64,000 bases of DNA from Diplonema japonicum. Its lineage: Eukaryota > Protista > Euglenozoa: Diplonemea. The notes beneath the pieces were generated by a model that was given only the letters and a program-made list of their open reading frames with translations, ran no database searches and had not been told where the DNA came from. The stretch is from assembly GCA_964019335.1 (NCBI GenBank), contig OZ025661.1:310001-374000 (forward strand). The letters run 5' to 3'. The stretch's first letter is position 1, and each line of letters begins with the position of its first letter. Positions 35,858 through 47,199 of this stretch are shown piece by piece. A program made the translations under genes and the position numbers.

Positions 35858-38662
35858 CTAGTAAACGGCAATGCCCGCACGCGCCAAGGAACCGGTGGTG
35901 TGCGCAATGAAGTCCTCTTCTCCAGAGTAATGGTTGCCCCTTCCCTTCTCCCAATACGTCCCCATGAGGCCCAGCACGACAGAGGAACAATCGGACGGGT
36001 TTAACATCGCGGCAGACATGCATCGCTTCGAAAGCTCGGCGGCGAGGAATTTCGCATCGCAACAGTGCAGAATAACGTCGCAGGACAAATGCGCCATGGC
36101 AGCCTCAGAACCACGACCACCAAGCACGGCTTCAAGGCATTCCTCTGCGATTGCACGTTGCTCGGGCAGCCCACAGTTAAGGTAATAAGCATCGATTCCC
36201 CAATCGGACTCCGTTAAAAGCTCGAACTGCGCTGTAAAATACGCCCCTCGCACCGCCCCACGATCATCGGGGTGTACATTCTGGAGGAACATCCCCAGCC
36301 CCATGGGGAGCATGCTGAGGTTCTTTGCACCATGATATTTTGCTGAATTGAAGATTGTACGGTACGTTTCCTTCAACCTCTCTTTCAACATATTTAATGC
36401 TAAATGTGTGAACCCCTTCCACCCAGTGTGGCGGGGTATTCCAAGCGGCTGGGGTGGTCTTTTGAAGTACTTCGACGCCTCTAGTACTGTTGATGATGGG
36501 TTTCTGAAATCCAGTCCTGTGGCAGACAGAAAGGTAACAGGTTGTGGGGTGATGGATGTTAGCTGATTGTGATCACCGTCGCACCCGTCCACTAGAAAAT
36601 ATCCTTGCTGTGAGATGCACACGCCGGTGCAGAGTTCGGTTAGTGAAAGTTCAATTGCAGCTTTTCCGTCTGCTGCAGATGAGAATCCTGATTCGTACGG
36701 AAATTGTAGAATGTGGTGTTTCCATTCTTCGAATTGCCCGATGACGGTCTTGATGGGGTTTGTCTCGTCTGCTTGCAAACAGTTGACGAGGTTTCTTTGG
36801 CATTGTATCTGCGATGTTATTGTGTCTTTCTTCTTCCTCCAGGCGCCGACGTCTACAGACGTATTGTTCATGTTCAATGAAATCGAACGGTCGTCCGACT
36901 CCAACTGCGAGAGAATCTGCAGCTCCGATGTTAAAACCCCGAATTTAATTAAAGGGCAGGCACGGTGGATGGACCATGTTTGCTGCATACTCTTCATCGT
37001 GGTGAACCGAAGCAGGTCGGAGAAAAACTTCTTCGGAATGGTCGAGGCCGTTGAAACATGCGTGCTTTGGATAAGCCGTTTCAACTCCCCGATTGTAATA
37101 CGAAACTCGTTGTCCCCGTAAATGTCTACCGCGGAAGGCCCGTCGAACATTTTTTCTTTTTCCTCGGAGTTGTCGAAAATATCGTCTATGGAAAGTTTCT
37201 TCACGCGTTCTTCAAGAGCGATTTTATCGATAATTTTACCGCTGACAGTTATCTCAGCATCGTCGTCAGGTCTGTCAACCGGGTGCGGTTTTAATTCTAT
37301 ATGCGGCAGCCCAGGTTCAACATCTTCACAATCTTCCGTTCGCCCTAACAGGTAAAGCAACGTGTGCGCAGGACGTTTTCTGTGACAATACATTTTAGTC
37401 CTATCGGTTGATGTGTTGTTGAAAGCGATCCCTGGTTCCGTTTTCCGTTTTATATCCGTTCTCGAAAACGGCGATGCGTGAGCAACGGGCCCGGCCAAGA
37501 TAGCCTCAACCCGTTCATTTCTCTCGTCGTCATGTAACAGCGAAGCGATTACAGATAAATATATAGTGGTCCGCCCGGAAAGAACATCACGCTCTGCTTT
37601 GTAAAACGGAAGCCTGTATAATGAAGCTCTTTTGAATCGTAACATGCTGCTCCGTCGAGGGTTGTCAAGGAATTCAGATGCAACAAGATGTTTATACGTG
37701 CTTCCTGTCCGTTCAGCACGGAAACATTCCAAGAGAAACGACTGGAGGTCCTCCGGAATACTGTTTCGGGATATATTGTCAAGCGGTGTTTTACCTGTTT
37801 TCGCTGCCGACCCGCTCGCGTAAAGATAAGCAGCGGGGCCCCACGATTCCGATCCAAACGCAACAGCAGACCATGTCATCTTCGCTGTTACCATCTCGAG
37901 AATGGAACACCCCAACGCCCACAAATCAGACTGCTCGCTGTACCTTGATGTTGTAACGACCATTGGCGACATATACGGTGGAGACCCAATTGTCATGTTC
38001 ACCTCTGTCTTCAATACAGATGTTGATAACCCGAAATCTGTTAACGCTACACAGCCAGTTGTGTCGGCCAACATGTTTTGCGGTTTTAAATCACGGTGTA
38101 GAATACCGCAGGAATGCAGGTAGCCAAGCCCTGCTAAGAGTTGCGCGGTGTATTTTCGAACTGTGTATTGAGGAAGCGCGCCGAATTCCATTATTTGATG
38201 CGCGATGCTTCCTTGTGTCCAGAATGACATTACGATTTCTGCTGTTGATAAATTGTCGGCAACCGAGAAGTCCCATACCCGGACGATATTTCTGTGGGAG
38301 AGTTGTTTCAAAACCGAGTATTCGTTCAACGCCTCGTCCATTGTGCATCCTTTCAAGCACATAACTTTAACAGCGTAAACAGTACCGTAGCGGTCCAGGC
38401 CTTTGTATACTTCTCCGAAAGCTCCCTTGCCGATCATCTGTCCCCGTGCGAGGCCGCATGCGAGCTTGGCGTCGGGTGTTTTTATGCTGTTGGCTTCTAT
38501 GATTCTTTGGTATTTCTCTCCAGCGTCGGTGCATAGTTGGTAACATGCTTCGGAAGCGGTCTCCGGTCGTGTTTTGAGAATCCTTTTCAGCAGCATGTCT
38601 ACTAGTCTCGGGACGCCCACCGAATGGAGGTACTCTGCGTGCAGATTCTGTTGGAGGTGCAT
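35858..38662 (-). CDS. Ser/Thr protein kinase (STE/MEKK-like), 934 aa, with N-terminal RIIa/DPY-30-like docking domain and a long uncharacterised C-terminal region
   Basis: ATG follows a poly-A run; the 96-codon N-terminal extension in the track is homopolymer noise. Kinase motifs IGKGAFGEVY, YAVK, ALNE, HRDLKPQN, DFG, DLWALG. N-terminus EYLHSVGVPRLVDMLLKRILKTRPE fits the D/D helix-pair pattern. Confidence 0.88.
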   Translation of the reverse strand: MHLQQNLHAEYLHSVGVPRLVDMLLKRILKTRPETASEACYQLCTDAGEKYQRIIEANSIKTPDAKLACGLARGQMIGKGAFGEVYKGLDRYGTVYAVKVMCLKGCTMDEALNEYSVLKQLSHRNIVRVWDFSVADNLSTAEIVMSFWTQGSIAHQIMEFGALPQYTVRKYTAQLLAGLGYLHSCGILHRDLKPQNMLADTTGCVALTDFGLSTSVLKTEVNMTIGSPPYMSPMVVTTSRYSEQSDLWALGCSILEMVTAKMTWSAVAFGSESWGPAAYLYASGSAAKTGKTPLDNISRNSIPEDLQSFLLECFRAERTGSTYKHLVASEFLDNPRRSSMLRFKRASLYRLPFYKAERDVLSGRTTIYLSVIASLLHDDERNERVEAILAGPVAHASPFSRTDIKRKTEPGIAFNNTSTDRTKMYCHRKRPAHTLLYLLGRTEDCEDVEPGLPHIELKPHPVDRPDDDAEITVSGKIIDKIALEERVKKLSIDDIFDNSEEKEKMFDGPSAVDIYGDNEFRITIGELKRLIQSTHVSTASTIPKKFFSDLLRFTTMKSMQQTWSIHRACPLIKFGVLTSELQILSQLESDDRSISLNMNNTSVDVGAWRKKKDTITSQIQCQRNLVNCLQADETNPIKTVIGQFEEWKHHILQFPYESGFSSAADGKAAIELSLTELCTGVCISQQGYFLVDGCDGDHNQLTSITPQPVTFLSATGLDFRNPSSTVLEASKYFKRPPQPLGIPRHTGWKGFTHLALNMLKERLKETYRTIFNSAKYHGAKNLSMLPMGLGMFLQNVHPDDRGAVRGAYFTAQFELLTESDWGIDAYYLNCGLPEQRAIAEECLEAVLGGRGSEAAMAHLSCDVILHCCDAKFLAAELSKRCMSAAMLNPSDCSSVVLGLMGTYWEKGRGNHYSGEEDFIAHTTGSLARAGIAVY

Positions 38663-40584
38663 TTTTTTTTCTTTTTTTCTTGAATCCTGTTTTTTTTTTT
38701 TTTTTTTTTTTTTTTCGTGTGGGTGTGACAAAAAGAAAAAAAAATAGGGGAAAAAAAAAAGAAAAGAATAAGAGGAAAAAAAAAAGGGGGGGGAAAAAAA
38801 GGGAAAATAAAATGTATAATTTCCCTTTGTTTTTCTTTTTTTTTTTGAATGAAGAAGAATAAACACTCTTTCCTCTTTCTTTTTTTTTTCTTTTCTTTTT
38901 TTTTTTTTTCCGCTCCTTTCTTTTCTTCTGGGTAGTCGGTTATGTATCAAAAAAAAAGGAAATAAAGAAAGGATAAAGAAGCTAACTTATAGAGAGAAAA
39001 ATAGGGGGGAAAAAAAAAGAAAAAAGTTGAGAAGAGAAACTTGAGATGTTATCCTGTTTTGGAGGAGGAATACGGAGAGAAGAGAAAGAGAGTGTGTGTA
39101 TTTTTTCTTTCCCCTCCCCCCCTTTTTTTTTGTTCACCCCCTAAGAAAATCTCAGAACAAATAGTTTTAGGTAATCACAAACACCTTTTACACGAACATA
39201 AAAAGAATGAAGATAAAAAAAAAAAAAAAAAAAAGAGGGGCCAAGAGTTAAATCGTTAATAGCAATTTTCTAGGGGGGATATAAAGAAAATTAAGAAAGT
39301 CACTCGCAAAGCTTCTTCTTTCATAGGTAGTAGTTTATAGTTTACACCTAATGTGATGACACACGTAGTATAGGCCAAGTCTATCCGCCAGCCGTTTCAC
39401 AGCAGCATATGCATGCCACTTGACGGGGAGAAGATCCTAAGGAGAATGAAAAAAAAAAAGGAAAATATATATAGTAATATTCTGCCATAGGATTATAATT
39501 ATTCTGTTTTACTGAAGAAAAACGAATTTTTTTTTTTTTTTTTTTTTTTTAGTGTGGTTTACTTAAGATAAGCTCGGTCAAAAAAAAATAGCAAAGAAAA
39601 GGGAAAAAAAAAAAAAGGAAAAAAAAATCACTATGATTGGAAACGAAGTGGTTAGCAACGGCCCACCAAAAGAGAAAAAAAAAAAAATACAGACCCCCTC
39701 TCTCCCCTCTCAAAAAATAAGAACTTCTGTTGCACTTCTTCTTTTCGTGCAAAGTAGCGACTTTCATATCACTTGTTCCTGTGGGGGGGTATTTTTTTCT
39801 GCAAGAAAAAAGAAAAATATGAATAAATATTGTTTGCTTGTTAGGGGGAGGGGGTTTTTTTTTGTTTTTTGTTTGATTTTCACGTCACTAATCGAGATTT
39901 TTGTTTTTTTATAACAAAAGGGAATATAGGGAAATATACAAGCAGAGAAGGGGGAAGAGGAGAAGGTTTTTTTTTTTTCTTTTTTTTTTTTCTTCTTCTT
40001 GTCCATTATCTTAGGCTCCTTGGATGGCTTAAAAAAAAAAACTTCTGTCTTTTACGTGAATATTTCTTTTTAGCAAAAAATGGATTCTACTGGAAATCTC
40101 TTTCACCTCCTTTTTTTCTGGGAAAAGTTGTATTTGCAGCGCCTTCCTTTTACCAGTACTTTTAAAGGGGGACACTTTTCTTCCAGAAAAAAAAAAAAAA
40201 AAAAAAAAGAGATTTCCAGTAAAAAGTTTGGGATTTTTTCCCCCCCACCTCTTTTCTTTGTTCCCCCTTCTTCTTTTTCTTTTGCGGATTCTAAAAAAAA
40301 AAAAGAAAAAAAAATCGTTTTTTTTTTCACCCTCAGTTTGGGGAACTATCTCCCACTAAGAGGAAAAAAAGGAGCAAAAAAAAAAAAAGAAAGTCGAAGG
40401 GGGGGGGGGGGGGGGATGGGGTGAGGAATGGTATATAAGAAATTGGCGAAATATAAGTAGAACTAAAGGACTGGGAGTAGTGAGTGGGCTCAAGAGCAGA
40501 GAATGAAACCCACAAAAAAAGGGGGGGCGATAAAAAAGTGCGTTTTTTTTTTTTTTAAATGGAGGAGAGTGTAAGCAAACGACC

Positions 40585-40625
<41 letters not shown>

Positions 40626-40652
40626 GCTACCGGTGATGACCGATGAGAACAA

Positions 40653-40679
40653 CACATCTGATGTACTTCTTTATATTTC
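40653..40679. repeat. Dispersed 27-nt motif, copy 1 (CACATCTGATGTACTTCTTTATATTTC)
   Basis: Identical to 42769-42795 and near-identical to 62585-62609. Confidence 0.85.
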
Positions 40680-40987
40680 AAAAAAACTCTTTTTTTTTTA
40701 TAATTACTGTAAAGTGAAAAGTTCTGGAGAAAAACACCTTGAACATTGGGAAATACGCCAGGGTTCATGGCACCAGGCGGCAAAAAATTTGATACTTTGC
40801 TGGTGAGGATGGTCGTTGGAACATACATCTACGCACATAACCCTCAAGATTTAGGTACAACAAAGAATATTCCTCCCCTTTTCTGTAAAGACATTAATCG
40901 ATGCCCGGGGTCTTAAGCCTGACGAACCCATCCTGCTGATCCCGATATTTTTCTCTTCCGGATTTTTTTTTGCTTTATAGTAGTCGT

Positions 40988-41020
<33 letters not shown>

Positions 41021-41152
41021 TTCCCCTCGAAATCCAGTGTGTACTTTGGAAAAAAAAAAAAGAAAGAAAAAAATAGCTATTTACTGCCAACAAGTAATGA
41101 CTTTACCGTTACCTCGAGGTCGGTAAAGCATTACTTGGCGGTAGGTAAGTGG

Positions 41153-41702
41153 TTTTATTTCGCGACACTCTGAAATTACTTCACCACGAGGGGCACAACA
41201 GGGTGACAAGGGGTACAACAAGAGAGGGGTTACAAAGGTTACAATACAAGTTGTTTTTCCTCCTTTTGTTGACTAAGAGCTGCCGCTGTCGCTGGCATTG
41301 CCACTGTCACCATCTCTAATCAGGCCTTCCCATACCTGGCGCGGCCGCTGGCTCCTTTTTTTCTGCTGCTTCGGTATTTTGAAGTCTTTTGGGGAGCTTG
41401 GGTAAGCTGACTAAGTTACCCTTACCCACAGAAGAGTTACCCACAGAAACTGGGAACAAGGCCTAGCCAAAAGTGGGCAAATTGGGAGGAAAAAGTAGTC
41501 CGGGGGAAATTAGCAAACTGAGAGGAAAAGTAGCCCCACTGGGAACCGAACCGAGGCAAAAATTGGCCTACCAAGGCGTATTATTTATCGGAAACCCCTA
41601 TTACAAAACGGAAAACAGGCCATTATTTCACCGTGAAGTAATGAGATTTAGCGTGAAGTAGGCCCCCCAGTGCGTGAAGTAATTTCTGAAGAGTGAAATA
41701 AA
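41153..41702. mobile_element. Putative non-autonomous DNA element (MITE-like) with inverted termini
   Basis: GAAATTACTTCAC (41172-41184) pairs perfectly with GTGAAGTAATTTC (41674-41686), with outer TTTTATTTC/GAAATAAAA also matching. CGTGAAGTA occurs three times near the right end. No clear TSD. Confidence 0.45.
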
Positions 41703-42258
41703 AAAAAAAAAAAAGCCAAAACATACAATTAGAAACAAATATAACTCCAGGGTACAACTTCTCAAGGGGAGGGGGGGGTTTATTTTCTGTCAATAAAAAA
41801 AAAAGGAAAAATATTAAATTGCACGCCCGTACAATTTAATGAAATTGTCATCCCACCTTTTTTTTTTTTTTTTTTTTTTGGTGCAGTTCTTGCGCGAGTG
41901 AAGCAAATGAAGAGGAACGGCTTTGTTACATTTCATTATCCACAGCGAATAAGTTTCTTTTTCTTTTTCTTTTTCTTTTTTTTTTATTATTATTTGTTCA
42001 ATATTGTGAACTAATCTGCGACAATGGGAACAATTGGCGAAAAGAAAAAAGGGGGGAGGATGAAAAAATTTAGTCTTTTTTTCTTTTTTTTTTTTTGTAT
42101 TCTTCATTGGGGCACCTGGCGTGTCTGAACGCCTTGGTTTTTTTTTGTTTTTTTCTTCTTTTCTTCTTCTTTCTTTTTCTTTTTTATATTTACCTGCTCC
42201 GAGCAAAGAAAGTGAAATCTCATTTTAAAAAAAAGTGAAAAAGGGTTCTTTTCGCTAC

Positions 42259-42303
<45 letters not shown>

Positions 42304-42339
42304 ATAGTAAAAGACAATCCCACTCGAGGACAGCCTCTT

Positions 42340-42760
42340 GTGGTGTGAGTTCCTATCTATTAATGCTCCCCTTCTGGAGCATAGCCTTCGTTCCTATTGT
42401 CGCCTTTAAAGCTTTTCGTAGTTTCGACACGTGTTCTTTCTTGTATGTCCCTTTCAACTCCTGTAGCTTTTGCGCTGTCTGTCTTGATGCGAAGATCGGT
42501 CTCCTGTTAAAGCCTATTGCAGCCTTGCCTCCGATCGCTGTGAGCGACTTGACCCTCTTGAAAAAAAGAAATTCGGTAATTTTTAAAAGAAGCGCCCTGC
42601 AGCACCTTCTACTTGATTGCCCTCAACCCAGCTGTAGTTTCTTCTGCGTTCCGCGTCGTGTCCTTAATGCGTGCGGTGTGCAGATCAACCCCAGCAACCA
42701 AGATTCTGGGCCTGTGCAGTTTGCTGCCTGTTCGTCACCCTGAGCATCTGCTTCTTCCAC
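42340..42760 (-). pseudogene. Possible decayed retroelement fragment
   Basis: Non-homopolymeric island encoding KRVKSLTAIGGKAAIGFNRRPIFAS, loosely similar to the VSTLTA..GGLPSG..RP segment at ~45.9 kb. The family assignment is recalled resemblance only. Confidence 0.3.
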
Positions 42761-42768
42761 TCGGGCGC

Positions 42769-42795
42769 CACATCTGATGTACTTCTTTATATTTC
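42769..42795. repeat. Dispersed 27-nt motif, copy 2
   Basis: 27/27 identical to 40653-40679. Confidence 0.85.
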
Positions 42796-43927
42796 CATAT
42801 ACTTCCCACCACCTGAAAAAAAAAAGTTTGAAAAGTCCCATTTTTTTTTTTCTTCTTCCTCACTTTGCTCTTTCTTTGCTCAGAAGGGAGCAGACTGTTG
42901 ATTTTTTGTTTTCTTTTGTTTTTCTTGCTCTCTTTCTTTTTTTTTCTTCTTTTTTTTTGGAAACTGTGGCCTCCCAAGGTGAAATTATACTAAGAGGTGC
43001 TTACAATATGGTTTCATCAAAAAAAAAGCCATTTCAGATTTGAGTGTTTTTTTTGGGGGGGGCACCGTTTCGCGGGGGGAAAAAAAAGGCTCTTTCAAAG
43101 GTAGGTGTCTTTCTTTTTTTTTTTTTTTTTCCCAATGGCATTAGCAAAAAAGAAATAGAAAAAAAAGGGGGGGGGAAAGGAGCTGCATTAGGAGAAAAGA
43201 AATGCCCTTCCGGGCAATAGGTGTTCTCTCTGCTTTTGAAACATTTTTTTTTTCTCCTTCTTTCGTTCTCAGCTAGCTTTTCGACTCTGTGCATAGTATG
43301 ATGCTTATCATATCAGTATCTGTACTCTGAGGGAGGGAGAACACGTCAGTCCCTTTTAATTTTGTTATAAAAAAAAAAAAAGAAACGGGTGTGCAATACA
43401 ATTCTAACATTTTTTCACTGGATGTGGAAAAAAAAAAATGGAGTGAGGGAAACAAAACAAAAGAATAAGAAGAGGATAAGAAATAAAAAAATAAAAAATA
43501 AAAAATAAAAAATAAAAATAAACAGCGGAAGGGGAAGAATAAAAAGCTTTTCCTTTAAAAAAAAAAAAAAAAAAAAAAGTAACCAAAGGACCCGTTGGAA
43601 GACGTGGTGGTGGTGGGAAAAAATATGCAGTAGAATGTTGTGTTCATGCAAACATCTTCCTTTTTCTGTTTGGATAAAATAAAAGAGGTTTACACAAACT
43701 CCTTTCTACTTTCCTTTTTTTTTTTCCCGCTTCTCCGGTTCACTAAGCAGCCCACTCGACATAGCTGTTCTGATGTGCAAGATGTGAACAAGAAAAAAAA
43801 AAAAAAAAAAAAAAAAAAAGTGTCAGGTACAGAACGGTCAAATAAGATCTGAAGCGAACAGAGAACTTTAAAAAGAAGAAGAAAAAAAAAAAAGAAACCA
43901 TGAGCATCACCCCCCGGCCTCAACCAA

Positions 43928-43972
<45 letters not shown>

Positions 43973-45639
43973 CCCCCTCTCTCTAAAATATAACCAAAAA
44001 AAAAAGAGACATTTAAAAAAGATGAAAAGGTGAATACAAAAATAAAATAAAAAGAGTACGCCCCTGTGCTTATGATCCTGAGTATTGAAATTCAGGAACT
44101 CATAGATATACATAAAGGTCGTCCGGCATAAAAAATATCAACGCTTTTTTGTTTGTTTAAGCAAAAAGAAGGGGGGGGGGGGGGGGGCAGCATGCAACCA
44201 TAGGAAGATGACATATATGGTGATGGTGTACCTCTTGCCGTTCTGTAGACTGCGATGCTTGTTTGCTATGAGAGTTGCAAATGGTGTGACATTCCTTTAC
44301 CGGACGAATTCATAAACATATACATATTTTTTTTTTTCATTCTTCTCTTTGCTTTCGTCGTTCTTCAGCGGGCGTTTGGAGAAAAAGTAGAGGAGAGAGG
44401 AGAAAGAAAGAAAGAAAGAAAGAAAGAAAAAAAAGAAAAAAAAAAAGAGACATTTAAGGGTACCTGCGGTATGTGGCACGACGCCTAAAAAAAAAAAAAA
44501 AAAAAAAAAACTGTAAACTGGGAAAAAACCTTAATTTATTTTTTTTTTTATTTTTTATTTTTACTAACCTCCTAAGGGAAATCTTTCGGCTTGCCCGGGA
44601 AAAAAAAAAAGTTTACTTCATATATGGGGCGCAAGGCAAAGTGTAGTAGAAAAACCAATAAGGCGGTACAGGGGGGTACCCAGAAACTCCCCTTGACGAG
44701 GTCAAAAATGGGAGGCAGGGACCAGGGAGCCCAGGGAACTTCCAAGCGGCACCCGCGTTCACATTATGCACGAAAAATAGCAGCTCTTTTCCTATTACCC
44801 CCCCCCCTTTTTTTCTTTCTTTCTTTTTAAAAACGGTGAGCATCCGCTCGCACACCGAAATTTTCAAAAATCTTTTTTTTTTTCTTTTGCCGCCCAAGTA
44901 ATTTTTAATTCTTTTCTTTGCCTACAGCCTTGTAAAAACTCCCTAGGATCACAATAAACTCAATAAAACTACGGATTCTTATATTTAAAGTGACTTTATT
45001 TCTTCCCTCTGCTGATGTTCTGTCCCTAGGGATCTTATTCTTCACGAGCGAAGAAGCGAGGGAAAAGAACCCCTCAGATAGAAGATCAGCCACGGGAAAT
45101 AAAAAAGTCACTATTTTCCCAAAAAAAAAAAATCAATAGTTATTCCGTTCATTCTTCCGAGGCTTCATATCCTCTTTTTTTTTTTTTTTTTTTTCCCGAA
45201 ACCGCCCTTTGTCGAACAGCTTAACAGGGGGGGGAAATGGGCTCAGAAGGCTCCATTTCTAGTCTAAGAACAACCTACAATATCATTGTGGTCTCTCTCT
45301 TTTTTTTCTTTCTTTTTTCTTTTCTCTTCCTTCTTCTCGTGTTTACAATCTCATGTTACAGTGGTGGAGCACCGAGAGAGAGAGGGAGAGAGAGAGGAGG
45401 ACTTTCTTAAAATAAAAGATTTCTTTTAAATGCATTGCCCCCCAAAAAAAAAAAAAAAGAAGAAAAACTCCCCCGATCGACACAAAGGGCTCAAAATAGG
45501 GACTTCCACACCCCCCTGTATAGAGGTTTAAACCCACAAAAAAATGTTTAAAAAAAAAGGAGAGAGAGGGGTAAGTAGTACCTAGTACCCAAAAAAAGTA
45601 CTGAGATTCACTTATTATCCAAAAAAAGGTGTCTTTGAA

Positions 45640-46500
45640 GGGAACCTGCAGTATGTGACAGGATCGCCTAACGACAATCAACTCATCTAGTGTTTGATCC
45701 CTTCTGTCGTGGTAGTGCCTTAGGCCCATCAGCAGCTTGGGCGTGAAACCGACTAGCGAGTTGTTGAAGATGCAATGAGTTCGCAGTTGCTCCTCTAGGA
45801 TCGGGTGGGTTGCCTTCGGGGACGCGAAGTCCCCGAAGGCAACCCACCCGATCTGGACGAGTGGAGTATCCAATGATGGAATGGCTGTGGAGCCCCAGGG
45901 TACGCAGTGAGTGTACTGACTTCATAGTTTCTGCTGGAATCAGGTGATTCCCAGTTCCTGTTCTGTGTGGTCCTAAGGCAATTGGACATGGGTCAGTCGG
46001 TCCTAAGGCAAGGTGTAATTGCTCGCCTCAAAGCCGCCACGGGTTCACTTGTGAGTCTGTGCGGGATTGCCGAAAGGGAATGCGTGAACATTCCGCAACT
46101 CGAATGCAGAGAACTGAAGTGGCAACACGTGACGATCCTGTCGACCATGTCCCAGGACGTTGAGGATTCTTCCGATTTTCCTAGCCCAGCATGCCAGGTC
46201 TTCACCACCCATGTGGATTCTCTCCGTTGCTATGAAGTCGACAGCAAGCTCCGCCTTGGACACTTGCCCTCCATCCTTGCCCCATTTCAGGGCACTCAGC
46301 CATTTGAGGACAAACGGGATCAGCCCCGGGAAGTACTTCTTCCCCAGCCCGTGCTTGTGATACCAAATGAGGGGTTTCGGTTCTAATAGGTTTCCCGGTT
46401 GGAATGGTCTTTTCCAGAAGTGTAGATTATCGTATCTGACCTTCTTCTCGGCGTGCAGGCTCTCGAGTTTCCCCGCAATTTCCGCAAAAAAGAAAAGCCA
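45640..46500 (-). pseudogene. Degenerate coding-like island, probably a 3' fragment of a non-LTR retrotransposon ORF
   Basis: GC-balanced island with broken frames. KWLSALKW...VSKAELAVDFIAT resembles W-L-x-x-L-x-W...S-x-x-EL-x-x-DF motifs I recall from C-termini of protist LINE-like ORFs. No RT motifs are visible. Confidence 0.35.
45799..45853. repeat. Perfect 25-bp GC-rich inverted repeat (hairpin) with 5-nt loop
   Basis: GATCGGGTGGGTTGCCTTCGGGGAC - GCGAA - GTCCCCGAAGGCAACCCACCCGATC; the arms are exact reverse complements. Confidence 0.95.
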
Positions 46501-46504
46501 AACA

Positions 46505-46665
46505 TTCACTTAATACCCAAAAATGGATTTTTTTTTTTTTTGGGCCGAGGGGAAAAAAAAGGGGGGGGATTTGAAAATAAATCAAAATAAAAAAACAAAA
46601 AAAAAACTATTCTTCAGTGGATGGGCCCCAGATCCCCCAAAAACCGATTTTGGGTATTAAGTGAA
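46505..46665. mobile_element. 161-bp MITE-like segment bounded by 18-bp perfect inverted repeats
   Basis: TTCACTTAATACCCAAAA (46505-46522) / TTTTGGGTATTAAGTGAA (46648-46665); no TSD seen. Confidence 0.5.
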
Positions 46666-47199
46666 GCACTCCCCCCCCCAAAAAAATGTTTTCTGCTCGG
46701 CACAACGTTTTGAAAGGAATCATAAAAAAATTTTTTTTCTTTCTTCTGAAAACAAAAGGTGGATTAAAAAAGAAATCAGATTGTTACCCGAAATAAGGAA
46801 CTACGTAACTAAAATAACCACTTGAGGACATCCTTTGGGTGAGAGCCTCTGTCTGTGAAAATAAAAGGGGCAAAAGAACAGTATTTGAGGAGGGAAGGGA
46901 AGAAAGGAGAAAAAGGAGATAAAAAATGAAAACCCCAGTCCAACCCTCAACCACAGGGTGTGTTATAAGTTCAAGAGGATACTGCTTATTCTTTTTTTTT
47001 TCTTCTTTTCCCCCTCCCTTCACACACGCAAAAGGACCGGACTTGGGCCAGACCAGGGGGACTGCCCTTTCTCGATCCTGTTCCAAGAAAAAAAAAAAAA
47101 ACGAAAAAAAAAGTTCATAGTTAACAAACGAACAGCATCGAAGCCACGAGTCGGTGTAAATGAGACCCGGGGGAAAAATATCTTATTTTCCTCCCCAAG

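Noticed and set aside
38663-38950. Lys/Phe-rich N-terminal extensions on track ORFs (also 57624-57797, 58593-58736, 62123-62359)
   Set aside because: They are translations of poly-A/T tracts from non-ATG starts; better ATGs lie just downstream.
40633-40661. GTGATGA...CTGA resembling a box C/D snoRNA
   Set aside because: The boxes are under 30 nt apart and there is no terminal stem.
40653-40679. Repeated motif as a spliced-leader exon or CRISPR repeat
   Set aside because: It has only a vague TGTACTT similarity to euglenozoan leaders; the copies are kilobases apart, with no spacers or cas genes.
42761-42770. TGGCGCCCGA on the minus strand, resembling a tRNA-Lys primer-binding site
   Set aside because: Only 10 nt match, and there are no LTRs or gag/pol sequence nearby.
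38960-45600. Low-complexity K/F-rich ORFs in intergenic DNA (also 51400-55000)
   Set aside because: Homopolymer artefacts with no domain content; homopolymer lengths may also be unreliable.
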